Assembly (NCBI GenBank): GCA_002428525.1
Contig: DIWU01000020.1
Span: forward strand, 4,907 to 68,906
Reading direction: 5' to 3'
Origin: a bacterium UBP14_UBA6098
GTDB taxonomy: Bacteria; UBP14; UBA6098
DNA length: 64,000 bases
The position numbers were made by a program, and so were the translations under genes. Below, in pieces: positions 27,745 through 36,988 of this stretch (positions within the stretch are counted from its first letter, which is position 1; every line of letters starts with the position of its first letter). The notes under the pieces were generated by a model that saw only the letters and a list, made by a program, of their open reading frames with translations, was not told the origin of the DNA and did not search any database.

Positions 27745-30117
27745 ATGAAGTTTAAACTAAACGCACTATTGCTCATCAGTCTTGTGCTGATGTTCGCTGT
27801 CGGGGCGTTCGCCGGGAAATCTCCCTCCGAGAATCGGAAGGCGAGAAAACGGCCTGCGGTTATGCAGGTTGCCACCGACGAGAAGAGCCACGATGTCGGG
27901 CAACTTCATCTGACAGTCTCAAACTGGGGCTTCTTCGGAAGCCAGCGCGGAGAGGATGATCCGTCTCTGTGTATTATTTACCAAGAAGGTGACAACGCAG
28001 GGGAATGCCGTCCTTCGGCGGAGTATCCCGGCGGTTCGGGTATCGAATACCTCTTTCAAGGCGCGCTTTGGATCGGCGCGGTTGTCAGCGGCGATACCTT
28101 GGTCAGCGTCGGAGAGGACGGCTGGTTCACTAATGTGAACGAGTTCTTCCCCGGTTACAATCAAGAAACCGATACTATAATGTATAAGACAATTCTATCC
28201 GGCGACTCTACCGCTATTAGCGAACAGGATTTTATCGCCACAATGACGGATACGGTCAAGAATCCGGACTTCGTGCCTGCAGAGCACAGGCCTATCGGTG
28301 TTCGTGTCGAACAACGCTCCGTATCGTGGTCTTATAATTATGCCAAGAACTTCATCATCATCGACTACTGGATTGAAAATATTCGCACCGACGGCGCCGC
28401 GATCCGCGATGCTTATGTCGGCATATATATCGATGGCGATGTCGGACATATCAATAAACCGGAATACGCTCAGGACGATATCACGGGTTTCCTCGAATTC
28501 ATCACCGACGATATCACCGGTGCGACGAGTTATGTCAACACGGCTTGGCTTGCGGACAACGACGGCGATCCTACCTCTGACGGCCGCTTCGACGAGTTCT
28601 CGCCGACCGGCGCGCTCGGTGTAGCTGTTCTTCGCGTTGGGGACACGCGACTTGAGGAACTGGATTACTCCTTCAACTGGTGGGTCTCAAACACAAACGA
28701 AGACCTCGACTGGGGGCCGTATCTAAGAGATTATACCGCTTGGGGTTGGGACGGCACTCCCGAGACCGATAAGATGAAATATCAGGTCATGAGCAACCGC
28801 GAATTCGACTACAACCAAACGGAGATCATCAACCACGCGAGCTATCCCGATTATGCCACGCCGCCGACCTCGCCCTTCAACCTGCCCGAGCTTATGCGCG
28901 GCGGTTACGACACGAGGTTCCTTTTCTCCTTCGGGCCGTTCACTATCGAGAGCGGACAGACGATTCCGGTGGCTATCGCGATTATGGTCGCCGAGGATTT
29001 CCATATCGACCCGCGAAATGTCGGTATGCCGCCCGGTTCTACATCGATTCCCTCCGGCTGGGATCCATCAAAATTCCAATTCGACGAGGTCGGAAAATCT
29101 ACCGAATGGGTTCGCACGGTTTACGGTTTCGAACCACCGGATCCACCTAAATATCAAGGCCCGGTTCCTCCGCCGAGACCGCCGTTCTTCGTCGAAACCT
29201 CGGACAACAGTGTTGAGATTCTTTGGAAGCCGGATACATGCGTGAATTTTTATGACGAGATCACAGAACTCTACGATTTCGAGGGTTTCCGCATTTATGT
29301 CGGCGAGGCCAATATCGAGAGATACTACACCCCGATTGCCGAATACGATAAGGTCGATTTCATCGATTATACAATCTGGGGGCAGGAGACCAACTCTCGC
29401 GTAGAGTGTATCGAGGCTCGCACCTCCGGCGGTGTCCTTCATGATCAGGTCCAAAACTGGAGCCTATGCTTGGATACTATCCTCGTCGATGTCGATACAA
29501 TCACCAGCGACACAACATGGAGCTATCCTCGCAGAGATCCCTACGGCACTAACTCCGGCCTTCCCAAGGATAGTGTCCTTGTCGGAGGGGTTTGGCATTA
29601 TCGCCATATCCTCACGAACCAGCGCGCCGGCGACGATATCTATATTGCAATGACGGCCTACGATTTCGGCCAGCCGACTCGCGATCTTCTTTCACTCGAA
29701 TCCTCCAAAACGTCTAATAACCTCTGGGTCGTTCCCCGCGGAGCGGCCGAGTCGAGCGACGAGGTTTATGTTGTCCCCAATCCCTATAGGCTCGATGCCA
29801 ATTATGCCGGTCGTGACGGCCTCGATTGGGAGACGCCGGTCGGCAGGGTTTGGACTGAATACTCGCGGAAGATCCGTTTCGCGAACCTGCCGCCAAGATG
29901 TATCGTTAGAATCTACACGCTCGATGGCGATCTCGTTAAAGAGATCGAGCATACCGACCCATCTGTCGGCGAGACCAAAGAGATCATGGTCGGCGCGGAG
30001 GACTGGGACCTCATCAATCGCAACGATCAGGCCATCGCGAGCGGAATCTATATATTCAATGTCGAGAATTTCGACACCGGTAAATATCAACTCGGCAAAT
30101 TCGTCATCATCAAATAA
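27745..30117 (+). CDS. Large secreted protein with an FN3-like module and a T9SS-type C-terminal domain
   Basis: 790 aa with a signal peptide. PPRPPFFVETSDNSVEILWKPD..FEGFRIYVGE resembles FN3. The tail is VYVVPNPYRL..IRFANLPPRCIVRIYTLDGDLVKEIEH..ASGIYIFNVE..GKFVIIK. Confidence 0.75.
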   Translation: MKFKLNALLLISLVLMFAVGAFAGKSPSENRKARKRPAVMQVATDEKSHDVGQLHLTVSNWGFFGSQRGEDDPSLCIIYQEGDNAGECRPSAEYPGGSGIEYLFQGALWIGAVVSGDTLVSVGEDGWFTNVNEFFPGYNQETDTIMYKTILSGDSTAISEQDFIATMTDTVKNPDFVPAEHRPIGVRVEQRSVSWSYNYAKNFIIIDYWIENIRTDGAAIRDAYVGIYIDGDVGHINKPEYAQDDITGFLEFITDDITGATSYVNTAWLADNDGDPTSDGRFDEFSPTGALGVAVLRVGDTRLEELDYSFNWWVSNTNEDLDWGPYLRDYTAWGWDGTPETDKMKYQVMSNREFDYNQTEIINHASYPDYATPPTSPFNLPELMRGGYDTRFLFSFGPFTIESGQTIPVAIAIMVAEDFHIDPRNVGMPPGSTSIPSGWDPSKFQFDEVGKSTEWVRTVYGFEPPDPPKYQGPVPPPRPPFFVETSDNSVEILWKPDTCVNFYDEITELYDFEGFRIYVGEANIERYYTPIAEYDKVDFIDYTIWGQETNSRVECIEARTSGGVLHDQVQNWSLCLDTILVDVDTITSDTTWSYPRRDPYGTNSGLPKDSVLVGGVWHYRHILTNQRAGDDIYIAMTAYDFGQPTRDLLSLESSKTSNNLWVVPRGAAESSDEVYVVPNPYRLDANYAGRDGLDWETPVGRVWTEYSRKIRFANLPPRCIVRIYTLDGDLVKEIEHTDPSVGETKEIMVGAEDWDLINRNDQAIASGIYIFNVENFDTGKYQLGKFVIIK

Positions 30118-30128
30118 CGGGGAGAATT

Positions 30129-31055
30129 ATGAGACGATATTATTTAATCGGAGCCCTTCTAATGCTACTGCCGGCGATAGTTTTCGGGCAGGCCAAGGTC
30201 GGAACGGTCGCGGCTCAGTTCCTCGAGATTCCGGTCGCGGCGCGTAGCGTTGGAATGGGGGATGCCTTCCTCGCAACTGCTAATGATGTCTCGGCAATAT
30301 ATTATAACCCCGCCGGCTTGACGAACCTTGCTCGAAAAGAAGCGATGTTCACTCATACGATGTGGCCGGCAGGAATCAGCCACGATTTCATCGCCTTCGC
30401 GATGCCGATCAATCAGATCGGCGGTGTGCTTGGAATCAGCGCGATAGGCCTGACAACCGGCGAGATGGTCGAGAGGACTATCGGCCGGCCGGAGGGCACG
30501 GGCAGAACCTTCACCGCCTCCGACCTCGCGGTTGGATTGACTTATTCCCGAAAAATGACTGACCGTTTCTCGGTCGGTCTGACATGGAAGTATGTCGGCG
30601 AGTATTATGCCGATGTTAAGGCGCACAGCTGGGCTATGGATATCGGCACGCTTTATAAGACGGACTTCCGCGGTCTTCGCATCGGGATGAACTTCTGCAA
30701 CTTCGGCCCGGACATCACTATGCTCAAGAACGCCTATCCTTTGCCGATGGCGTTTCATTTCGGCATGGCAATGGAGGTCGTCGAGTCCGGTCCGCACAAG
30801 CTGACAGTGGGCTGGAACGGGAGTCACCCGAACGACAACCTCGAGAAGTTTCAAGTCGGCACAGAATATTGGTATAACGACATGTTCGCAATTCGCGGTG
30901 GCTACAAATTCGGTGCGTGGGATGCGGATAGATTCGGAGTCGGTGTCGGGGCGAAATTGCCCGTTTCGACCACCGCTATCAAAGTCGATTATTCTTTAAG
31001 TGAAATGCGCGAACTGCTTCTCGCACATAGATTTAGCCTTGGCGTAGAATTTTAG
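30129..31055 (+). CDS. PorV/PorQ-family outer-membrane beta-barrel protein
   Basis: 308 aa. After the signal peptide comes GTVAAQFLEIPVAARSVGMGDAFLATANDVSAIYYNPAGL, the signature N-terminal block of PorV/PorQ-type proteins. It ends ..FSLGVEF. Confidence 0.8.
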   Translation: MRRYYLIGALLMLLPAIVFGQAKVGTVAAQFLEIPVAARSVGMGDAFLATANDVSAIYYNPAGLTNLARKEAMFTHTMWPAGISHDFIAFAMPINQIGGVLGISAIGLTTGEMVERTIGRPEGTGRTFTASDLAVGLTYSRKMTDRFSVGLTWKYVGEYYADVKAHSWAMDIGTLYKTDFRGLRIGMNFCNFGPDITMLKNAYPLPMAFHFGMAMEVVESGPHKLTVGWNGSHPNDNLEKFQVGTEYWYNDMFAIRGGYKFGAWDADRFGVGVGAKLPVSTTAIKVDYSLSEMRELLLAHRFSLGVEF

Positions 31056-31063
31056 GAGTGAAT

Positions 31064-32782
31064 ATGCGCAAGATCAAAATAACGACATTTATTTTCGCAA
31101 GCTTGGCGATGGCCACGGCACTTGTGCTCGGTGGTTGCGGCTATAGCGGCCAAGAGAATCAAAACATAAAGCCGATTGTTATCCTATACAACAATCCGAT
31201 CTCGGGGGACACGCTCGGGGCCGCTCCCGTCGTTTGTTGGCAAGGCTTCGACACCGACGGAAAAGTCTATGAATACGAATTCATCGACCTTCCGAGGCAA
31301 CAAGCCGGCTCGACCGGAGGCGTTAGGGATTCGCTTTTCCTTCTGTATAAAAACGATCCCTCGCTACTCGCGAATCTTTCTCATGTGTTGACTCAGGGAG
31401 GCGACACACTCAGGTGGAACGAGACAGAGGATAATTGCGACACCGTGTTCCTCTCGTTGCTCGTTCAGGGTGAGGTCACCGAGCATCTTTTCTGTATTCG
31501 CGCGCTCGACCACGACCTTAACAATCAGGCCTTTTCGGATGTCGAATGCGCGACATACTACAGAACGAGTCTCCCTCCGGACACCTGCGAGATCACTACT
31601 CTTGATTTCGAGGGCAATGAGTTTTGGTGTCTCGACGACACAATCTACAGTTGGAAGGGGATTAAGGTCTCTTGGCGCGGTAGCGATCCGGATAATTCTA
31701 TCCTGCTCGAGTATCGCTGGGTTCTCGAGAACACAACGACAAACACCGTAGTCCTCTCTTCGAGGAGCGAGGACAGCCTCGCCGGAATATCCTCCGGTTT
31801 AGATCCCTATGACGGCTGGATTCGCAACAACTCGACTATGATGAAGGGCAATGTCCCGACAGGCGAGTATCGTTTCATCGTGCAGGTTCGCGACGACGCC
31901 TTCTTTGCCGGTGCCGCAGACACTGCGATTATAAATATTGCACACCCGCAGTTCGATATATCCCGGCCGAGCGTTCTTCAGCAATACGCCGATGGAACAT
32001 ACCCGAACCACCGCGTTCTCCTCATCGATCAGAACGAGTCTTGGTTCTATATGTTCGACAACCTCAACAATATCCGCCAGTATTACGCCGGAGTCATGCA
32101 GGGACTCAAAGACAGCGGCGTTATCGCGGGTTGGGATTCGGTTCGCTCGGGTTATGCCACGCTCGATGTTGACCGGGCGACGCTGTCTCAATACAATATT
32201 CTCTACATTCTCGATCAGGATGGTTCCTACAACTTCAAGATGGACGAGGGTTTCTGGACTGAGGTAATGGACTACATCATGGTTGGTGGAAGGGTGATCA
32301 TCGACGGAAGGAATTCCTTCAACCGCGAATCCTCCTCTTGGACGAATGTTCCTTCGTATTCTTTCTTCGGAATCGAAGAGGATTTCGCCGGAACAGCCCG
32401 CGCGGTCTTCGCCTCCGCGAATCGCAACCCGAATTTGCCGGCCTCGGAGTATCCTAATCTAACTCTGAATACTACCTTGGTTCCGGCCAATGAGCTGGCC
32501 TATGTCAACCGTTTGGGCGCTCGGGGTCCGCAATACGGCGGAAGCCCATATACTCAGATCCTTTACAGCTACGGCATCAGCGCTTCGACTAGCCCCGAGG
32601 ATTCTGTGGATTACGGCGGCGGTCCGGTCGCGGTTCGTTATGTTACACCGAGTTTCCGTACCGCGTATTTCGCGTTCCCGCTATATCTGATGGATGACAG
32701 CTCGAATCAGGTTAAAACGGTTATCCGTTCGACGGTCGAGTTCATCAAGGGGCAGGTTCTTCCCATGGAAACAGAGGATTAG
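31064..32782 (+). CDS. Large lipoprotein, hypothetical
   Basis: ATG at 31064 lies 6 nt after AGGAG. Lipobox VLGGC. It is the last gene of the co-oriented cluster, and I recognised no family. Confidence 0.7.
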   Translation: MRKIKITTFIFASLAMATALVLGGCGYSGQENQNIKPIVILYNNPISGDTLGAAPVVCWQGFDTDGKVYEYEFIDLPRQQAGSTGGVRDSLFLLYKNDPSLLANLSHVLTQGGDTLRWNETEDNCDTVFLSLLVQGEVTEHLFCIRALDHDLNNQAFSDVECATYYRTSLPPDTCEITTLDFEGNEFWCLDDTIYSWKGIKVSWRGSDPDNSILLEYRWVLENTTTNTVVLSSRSEDSLAGISSGLDPYDGWIRNNSTMMKGNVPTGEYRFIVQVRDDAFFAGAADTAIINIAHPQFDISRPSVLQQYADGTYPNHRVLLIDQNESWFYMFDNLNNIRQYYAGVMQGLKDSGVIAGWDSVRSGYATLDVDRATLSQYNILYILDQDGSYNFKMDEGFWTEVMDYIMVGGRVIIDGRNSFNRESSSWTNVPSYSFFGIEEDFAGTARAVFASANRNPNLPASEYPNLTLNTTLVPANELAYVNRLGARGPQYGGSPYTQILYSYGISASTSPEDSVDYGGGPVAVRYVTPSFRTAYFAFPLYLMDDSSNQVKTVIRSTVEFIKGQVLPMETED

Positions 32783-32805
32783 CCCTCTCCGGTTATAAAA
32801 AAACA

Positions 32806-32840
32806 AAGCGCCCGACCTTGAGAGCCGGGCGCTTTTTTAT
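32806..32840. terminator. Bidirectional rho-independent terminator
   Basis: aagcgcccg (32806-32814) pairs with cgggcgctt (32826-32834), flanked by an A-run on the left and a T-run on the right. It lies between convergent genes ending at 32782 (+) and 32856 (-). Confidence 0.75.
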
Positions 32841-32855
32841 TTATTTAGCTTTCAG

Positions 32856-33935
32856 CTATAGCGACTGGAAATACTCGATCACGAGGGACGCGCTCCCAAC
32901 TGCGCGGAAGGCGGTGATGAACTCCTTCGCGGAGATATAGGATTCCTCCTCGATCTTCTTCTTGTATTTCTCGTCGATAGAGTCGATTTCGTTTTTAAAC
33001 TGCCGCGTGGCCTTTTTAATATCGACAGCGTTTACCTCTGCCCACATCTTCATCGTCTCGAAAAGATCGGTCGGCAAGTTGACATGGGCGATGTTCTGCC
33101 AGTTCGTGCCGACATTGCCTTTGCGAATGCCGTAGTCGGCGAATTTCCCGATCAGCGAAAGCGGTGTTCCTGTAATCCCATGCTGGGCGATCGAGACACC
33201 GTAAGGGCGAATGGCGGTGAATATCTCGCCGGTGCGTTCGAGGTCGATTTGAACCTCCTCGCCAACGGCGTAATTGCCGTGCTTGGAGCCGTTGGAGATA
33301 GCGAGAAGATTGGGGGAGTGGCCTGCGTCGTTGAGGTCGCTTATATAGGAGACCGCCTCTTCAACGGTGGTCAGCTTACCGAGAAGCCCCGCAATCTCGC
33401 CAACCTCGACCTCGAGCCCGAAGCCCATCTCCGAGATGGGTTTCGCGAGCCTGCGCGTGATGTCTGTGTTCTCCTGAAGCGGATTGTGCGATGCGTCGAT
33501 CGCGAAACTCGTATAGCCGGCCTTGATCTGCGCGGTGATAACCTCGGCCGTGGCCTTGAACTCATCAGGAGAGGAGTTTTTCACAGTCAGGTGGTCGGCG
33601 TGAACAAAAAAGGGCTTGGTGAGGCGCGTTCGTTCGGCATATTCGAAGGTGATGCCGGCGTATTGCGCCGGAGTCTGGCCGGTATAGCCGCCGTCGAGAT
33701 TGCCCTCGGTTTTCGCGAGTTCATAGCAAACAACCGCATCGAGCTCCTCGGCCGCGCGCATAATCCCGGGGATGACATGCGGAATCCTGCAGTTGCATGC
33801 CATGATGATAATTCGCTCATCGATGAGCGCATCGAAAACATAGCGAGAATTTACCACCGGAATTCGGCTCGCGTTTCCAACAACAGCCCGAACATTTTCG
33901 GGAACCATCTCGAGCAAGCGATTGTAACCGTTCAT
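32856..33935 (-). CDS. fba: Class II fructose-bisphosphate aldolase family protein
   Basis: 359 aa with IIMACNCR.., VHADHLTVKN and AISNGSKHGNY blocks resembling class II aldolase metal/substrate motifs. Confidence 0.8.
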   Translation of the reverse strand: MNGYNRLLEMVPENVRAVVGNASRIPVVNSRYVFDALIDERIIIMACNCRIPHVIPGIMRAAEELDAVVCYELAKTEGNLDGGYTGQTPAQYAGITFEYAERTRLTKPFFVHADHLTVKNSSPDEFKATAEVITAQIKAGYTSFAIDASHNPLQENTDITRRLAKPISEMGFGLEVEVGEIAGLLGKLTTVEEAVSYISDLNDAGHSPNLLAISNGSKHGNYAVGEEVQIDLERTGEIFTAIRPYGVSIAQHGITGTPLSLIGKFADYGIRKGNVGTNWQNIAHVNLPTDLFETMKMWAEVNAVDIKKATRQFKNEIDSIDEKYKKKIEEESYISAKEFITAFRAVGSASLVIEYFQSL

Positions 33936-34084
33936 ACTTCCTCCGATTGGTCAAATAGAATAAGTTTCAATACAAAAACTCCGGTCTATGATCGTCCATA
34001 AATACGGCAATAAATTTCGACTTGAATATCTATATTTTAACTAAAAACCTTTTCGAGTCAAGCACGAAGTCGTTTTGCGATTGT

Positions 34085-35437
34085 TCAGCGCGCGCCGGAG
34101 GCTACTTGTTCGACTGTAATCTCGACTCGGCGGTTCGCTCGGCGCTCGAGTTCGTCGCGGTTTTCATTGAGGGGAAAAAGCTCGCCGTGCCACGCGAGCT
34201 GAAGCTCAAAATTATCTCTAAGTAACGGCGTGACATAATCGCGGACAACCTCCGCCCTCTGTTTGGAAAGGCGGATATTTATTCCAGTCGAGCCGAGATT
34301 GCAGGCGTAACCGGCTATCTTTAAAGAGAAGGCGAGTGTATCCGGCAGTTTTTCGATTTCCCGCAAATACTCTTTGAGTATCTCCTCAGCGTTCTCCAAA
34401 AGACGGTTATTCCCGGCTGAGTCGAAGGGAATGATCACTGTCTGAAGAAGCCCTTCCGGCATCGAAAAGGCCGCTTCAGCCGGATCCAATTCGCGCACCG
34501 GGATATCGCCCGGGGCGCGGAATTCGCCGGTGAAACGCCTGCCGTCATCGAAGACAACCGAGATTCGGTGAAGGGCGCCGTCTTTGTCGGTATGCTTCGG
34601 GAAGAATGCGATGAAAAAACTCTGCGCTATGATCGCCGAAACAAGTTGCGCCGAAAAACCATCTTCCGGCTGAGTAAAATAGATTCCGCCGGTCTCGCGC
34701 GAGATATCTGCAAGCGCGCCCTTCGGGTTTTTTCCGTGAAGAAGAACATTGATCGAGATACCGTTTCGTTTTGCCCGTTCGATAAGCGTGTTCGGCAGAC
34801 GGTTCGACATAAAATCGCCATCGGAAAAAAGAACGATCGAGCACGTGCTATTGGAACGCAGAGCCGCGAGGTCAAGCGCTTTTTCAAGGGCGCCGGATAG
34901 ATCCGTTCCGCGGTCGTTGGGGTAGGGGAGTTTGTCGGGGGGCAAGTTCAAGAACGAGTCCGGTTGAACCCAGCCGATAGTCACATCGGAGGACTCACCG
35001 AAACGAACCAGCGAAACATCGCAACCGGACTCGAGCAGTGTCGAGACGAAGCCCCAAATCAGCTTTTCTGTGAAGCCGAGATAATCCCCCATGCTTGCGG
35101 ATATGTCCTCGACGATGATGATGTTCGAGCCGTAGGGAACGCCGTATTCGCGGTAGTTGAAATCGCATCGGTCTTGCCAGCCGAAAACGTCGTCCAAAAG
35201 GCTTGCCGTTCCGATTTCGCGACGCTCCTTTCCGATCGGCAGGAAAAATGTAACACTGTCGGGGAAGGCGGAGATATCGAGATCAACCAAGCTGAAGGCA
35301 TCCCACGAATGCGACGGCATCTCGATTGTCCGCATATGGATCTTCTGCTTCGGCTGTTCCTTCACGACTGGAGCCGAGCCGGCGCAAGCGAGGAAGACCG
35401 AGGCTATGGCCAGTATATTTAATCGGTGAATTTTCAT
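34085..35437 (-). CDS. Lipoprotein with a von Willebrand factor A domain and a C-terminal OmpA-like peptidoglycan-binding domain
   Basis: ATG at 35437 with lipobox VFLACAG. MIDAS-like IIIVEDISASMGD. The C-terminus IAGYACNLGSTGINIRLSKQRAEVVRDY..RRANRRVEITV is OmpA_C-like. Confidence 0.8.
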   Translation of the reverse strand: MKIHRLNILAIASVFLACAGSAPVVKEQPKQKIHMRTIEMPSHSWDAFSLVDLDISAFPDSVTFFLPIGKERREIGTASLLDDVFGWQDRCDFNYREYGVPYGSNIIIVEDISASMGDYLGFTEKLIWGFVSTLLESGCDVSLVRFGESSDVTIGWVQPDSFLNLPPDKLPYPNDRGTDLSGALEKALDLAALRSNSTCSIVLFSDGDFMSNRLPNTLIERAKRNGISINVLLHGKNPKGALADISRETGGIYFTQPEDGFSAQLVSAIIAQSFFIAFFPKHTDKDGALHRISVVFDDGRRFTGEFRAPGDIPVRELDPAEAAFSMPEGLLQTVIIPFDSAGNNRLLENAEEILKEYLREIEKLPDTLAFSLKIAGYACNLGSTGINIRLSKQRAEVVRDYVTPLLRDNFELQLAWHGELFPLNENRDELERRANRRVEITVEQVASGAR

Positions 35438-35476
35438 CGAGCAAAATATAGAGCCGACAAGGCCGAAAATCAAGCG

Positions 35477-36343
35477 TTATCCGATAGAACCGAAAGGTTT
35501 TGGGGTGAATGTCAGAATGAAAATGATCAGTGCGACAAGCGCGAGCGAACGCCTCCGGCTGTCGAGCGGAATCCAATCGAGGATTGTCGGCGGGTGCTTC
35601 AAACGAATGAGGAAGAGGATCACAATCGCCCAAACCAGCCAGCCCGGCCATAGAATCGCCAGCGGCAGAAGGGCTATCCAGACCCAGCGCGCAATATTAT
35701 AAGCCTTTGCCCCGAAAACCGAATAGGCGATATGGCCGCCGTCGAGCTGGCCTATCGGCAGGAGATTGATGCTTGTCACCCAAAGGCCAATCCAAGCCGC
35801 GAAGCCGACAGGATGGATCATGAGCTGTAAACCTTGCGAGATATCGCCGTGAATCGCCTTTTCGAGGAGCCAAATGAGAATCGAGCTTCCAAGCGAGATT
35901 TGGGATGCGGCATCGTCGATGGTGCGAACCTCGGAGAGTGCCAGCCCGACGATCAGAATGGGTATCGCCACAATGAAACCAGCCGCGGGTCCCGCGAAGC
36001 CAATGTCAAAGAGGCTTCTGCGGTCTGGAATTGGTGACTTTATCTTGATGAACGCGCCGAAGGTGCCGATTATTGTCGGAAAAGGAATGAAAAACGGCAG
36101 TGAAGCATCGACACCGTGTCGGCGACTCGCAAAATAGTGGCCGAGCTCGTGGATGCCCAAAATCCCTAAGAGCGAGGCCGAGAAGGGGAGACCGGTCGAT
36201 AGGAATGCTAAGGTCGGAGCCGGTTCATGGCCGGACATCAGCGCTCCCGCCAGCGAGGTTGTGCCGACTGTCGCGATGAAGAGCAAAAGGTGAAGCCAGT
36301 CTTTTTTCATTGGAAAAATCCCGCTGTTTAATGACCTAAACAT
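35477..36343 (-). CDS. Site-2 protease family (M50) membrane metalloprotease
   Basis: 288 aa, polytopic, with the HELGHY zinc motif followed by LPFFIPFP and a later QLDGGH block. Confidence 0.85.
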   Translation of the reverse strand: MFRSLNSGIFPMKKDWLHLLLFIATVGTTSLAGALMSGHEPAPTLAFLSTGLPFSASLLGILGIHELGHYFASRRHGVDASLPFFIPFPTIIGTFGAFIKIKSPIPDRRSLFDIGFAGPAAGFIVAIPILIVGLALSEVRTIDDAASQISLGSSILIWLLEKAIHGDISQGLQLMIHPVGFAAWIGLWVTSINLLPIGQLDGGHIAYSVFGAKAYNIARWVWIALLPLAILWPGWLVWAIVILFLIRLKHPPTILDWIPLDSRRRSLALVALIIFILTFTPKPFGSIG

Positions 36344-36369
36344 TGAATACTAAGAATAATTAATAATCG

Positions 36370-36397
36370 TTGACTTTCAATCGGATTATTATATAAA
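36370..36397 (+). promoter_or_regulatory. Sigma70-like promoter candidate upstream of 36418
   Basis: TTGACT (36370-36375), a 16-nt spacer, then TATAAA (36392-36397). A strong RBS AGAGGAGG precedes the ATG. Confidence 0.3.
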
Positions 36398-36417
36398 TTA
36401 TAAGAAAGAGGAGGAAT

Positions 36418-36987
36418 ATGAAACTTACTATGCGAATAATCGTTGTGGCTCTATGCTTGGCGGCTCTTTCATGCGGCTCGGGCGGAGGAAAGAAAGAGGC
36501 CGACCTCGCAAAAAAGATCGAGATCGGCAAAAAGCAATGGGCCGAGGATTATTACGGCGACTCGAACTATGTCCCGACAAACGAAGAGGCCGTCGCCGCG
36601 GCCGAAAGGGCGGGCGCTTACGCCGACATGCGTTCGATCGTGACTGCAAGCCAGCAATACTTTGCTGAAAAAGGCGGTTATACCGAGGATTTCGGTGAAT
36701 TGGGCATCAAACCGAAGAGCGAAAACTACATCTTCTCGGTGGTAGTCACCTCGGATCGGACAATGAAGGTCAGAGCGGCCGGAAATATCGATAGCGACGA
36801 GTTTCGCGATATAATCGAGATGAACCAGCTCGGCGATGTGAAGATCATCGAGGACGACCTCCGCGATTGGAAGGAAACCGACGGCCTGAGACATCCGGGG
36901 CGCTATACACAGAAGGCTCGCGATGTCGAGAAACAGCTGAAGGTCGGAATGGACCGCCGCCTCGAAGACCTTCCCGAGGATTATTGA
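36418..36987 (+). CDS. Lipoprotein, hypothetical (pilin-like globular segment?)
   Basis: Lipobox ALSCGS. The segment ADMRSIVTASQQYFAEKGGYTEDFGELGI..NYIFSV..AAGNIDSDEF resembles the head of type IV pilin-like proteins, but the class III signal peptide is absent. Confidence 0.6.
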   Translation: MKLTMRIIVVALCLAALSCGSGGGKKEADLAKKIEIGKKQWAEDYYGDSNYVPTNEEAVAAAERAGAYADMRSIVTASQQYFAEKGGYTEDFGELGIKPKSENYIFSVVVTSDRTMKVRAAGNIDSDEFRDIIEMNQLGDVKIIEDDLRDWKETDGLRHPGRYTQKARDVEKQLKVGMDRRLEDLPEDY

Positions 36988-36988
36988 T

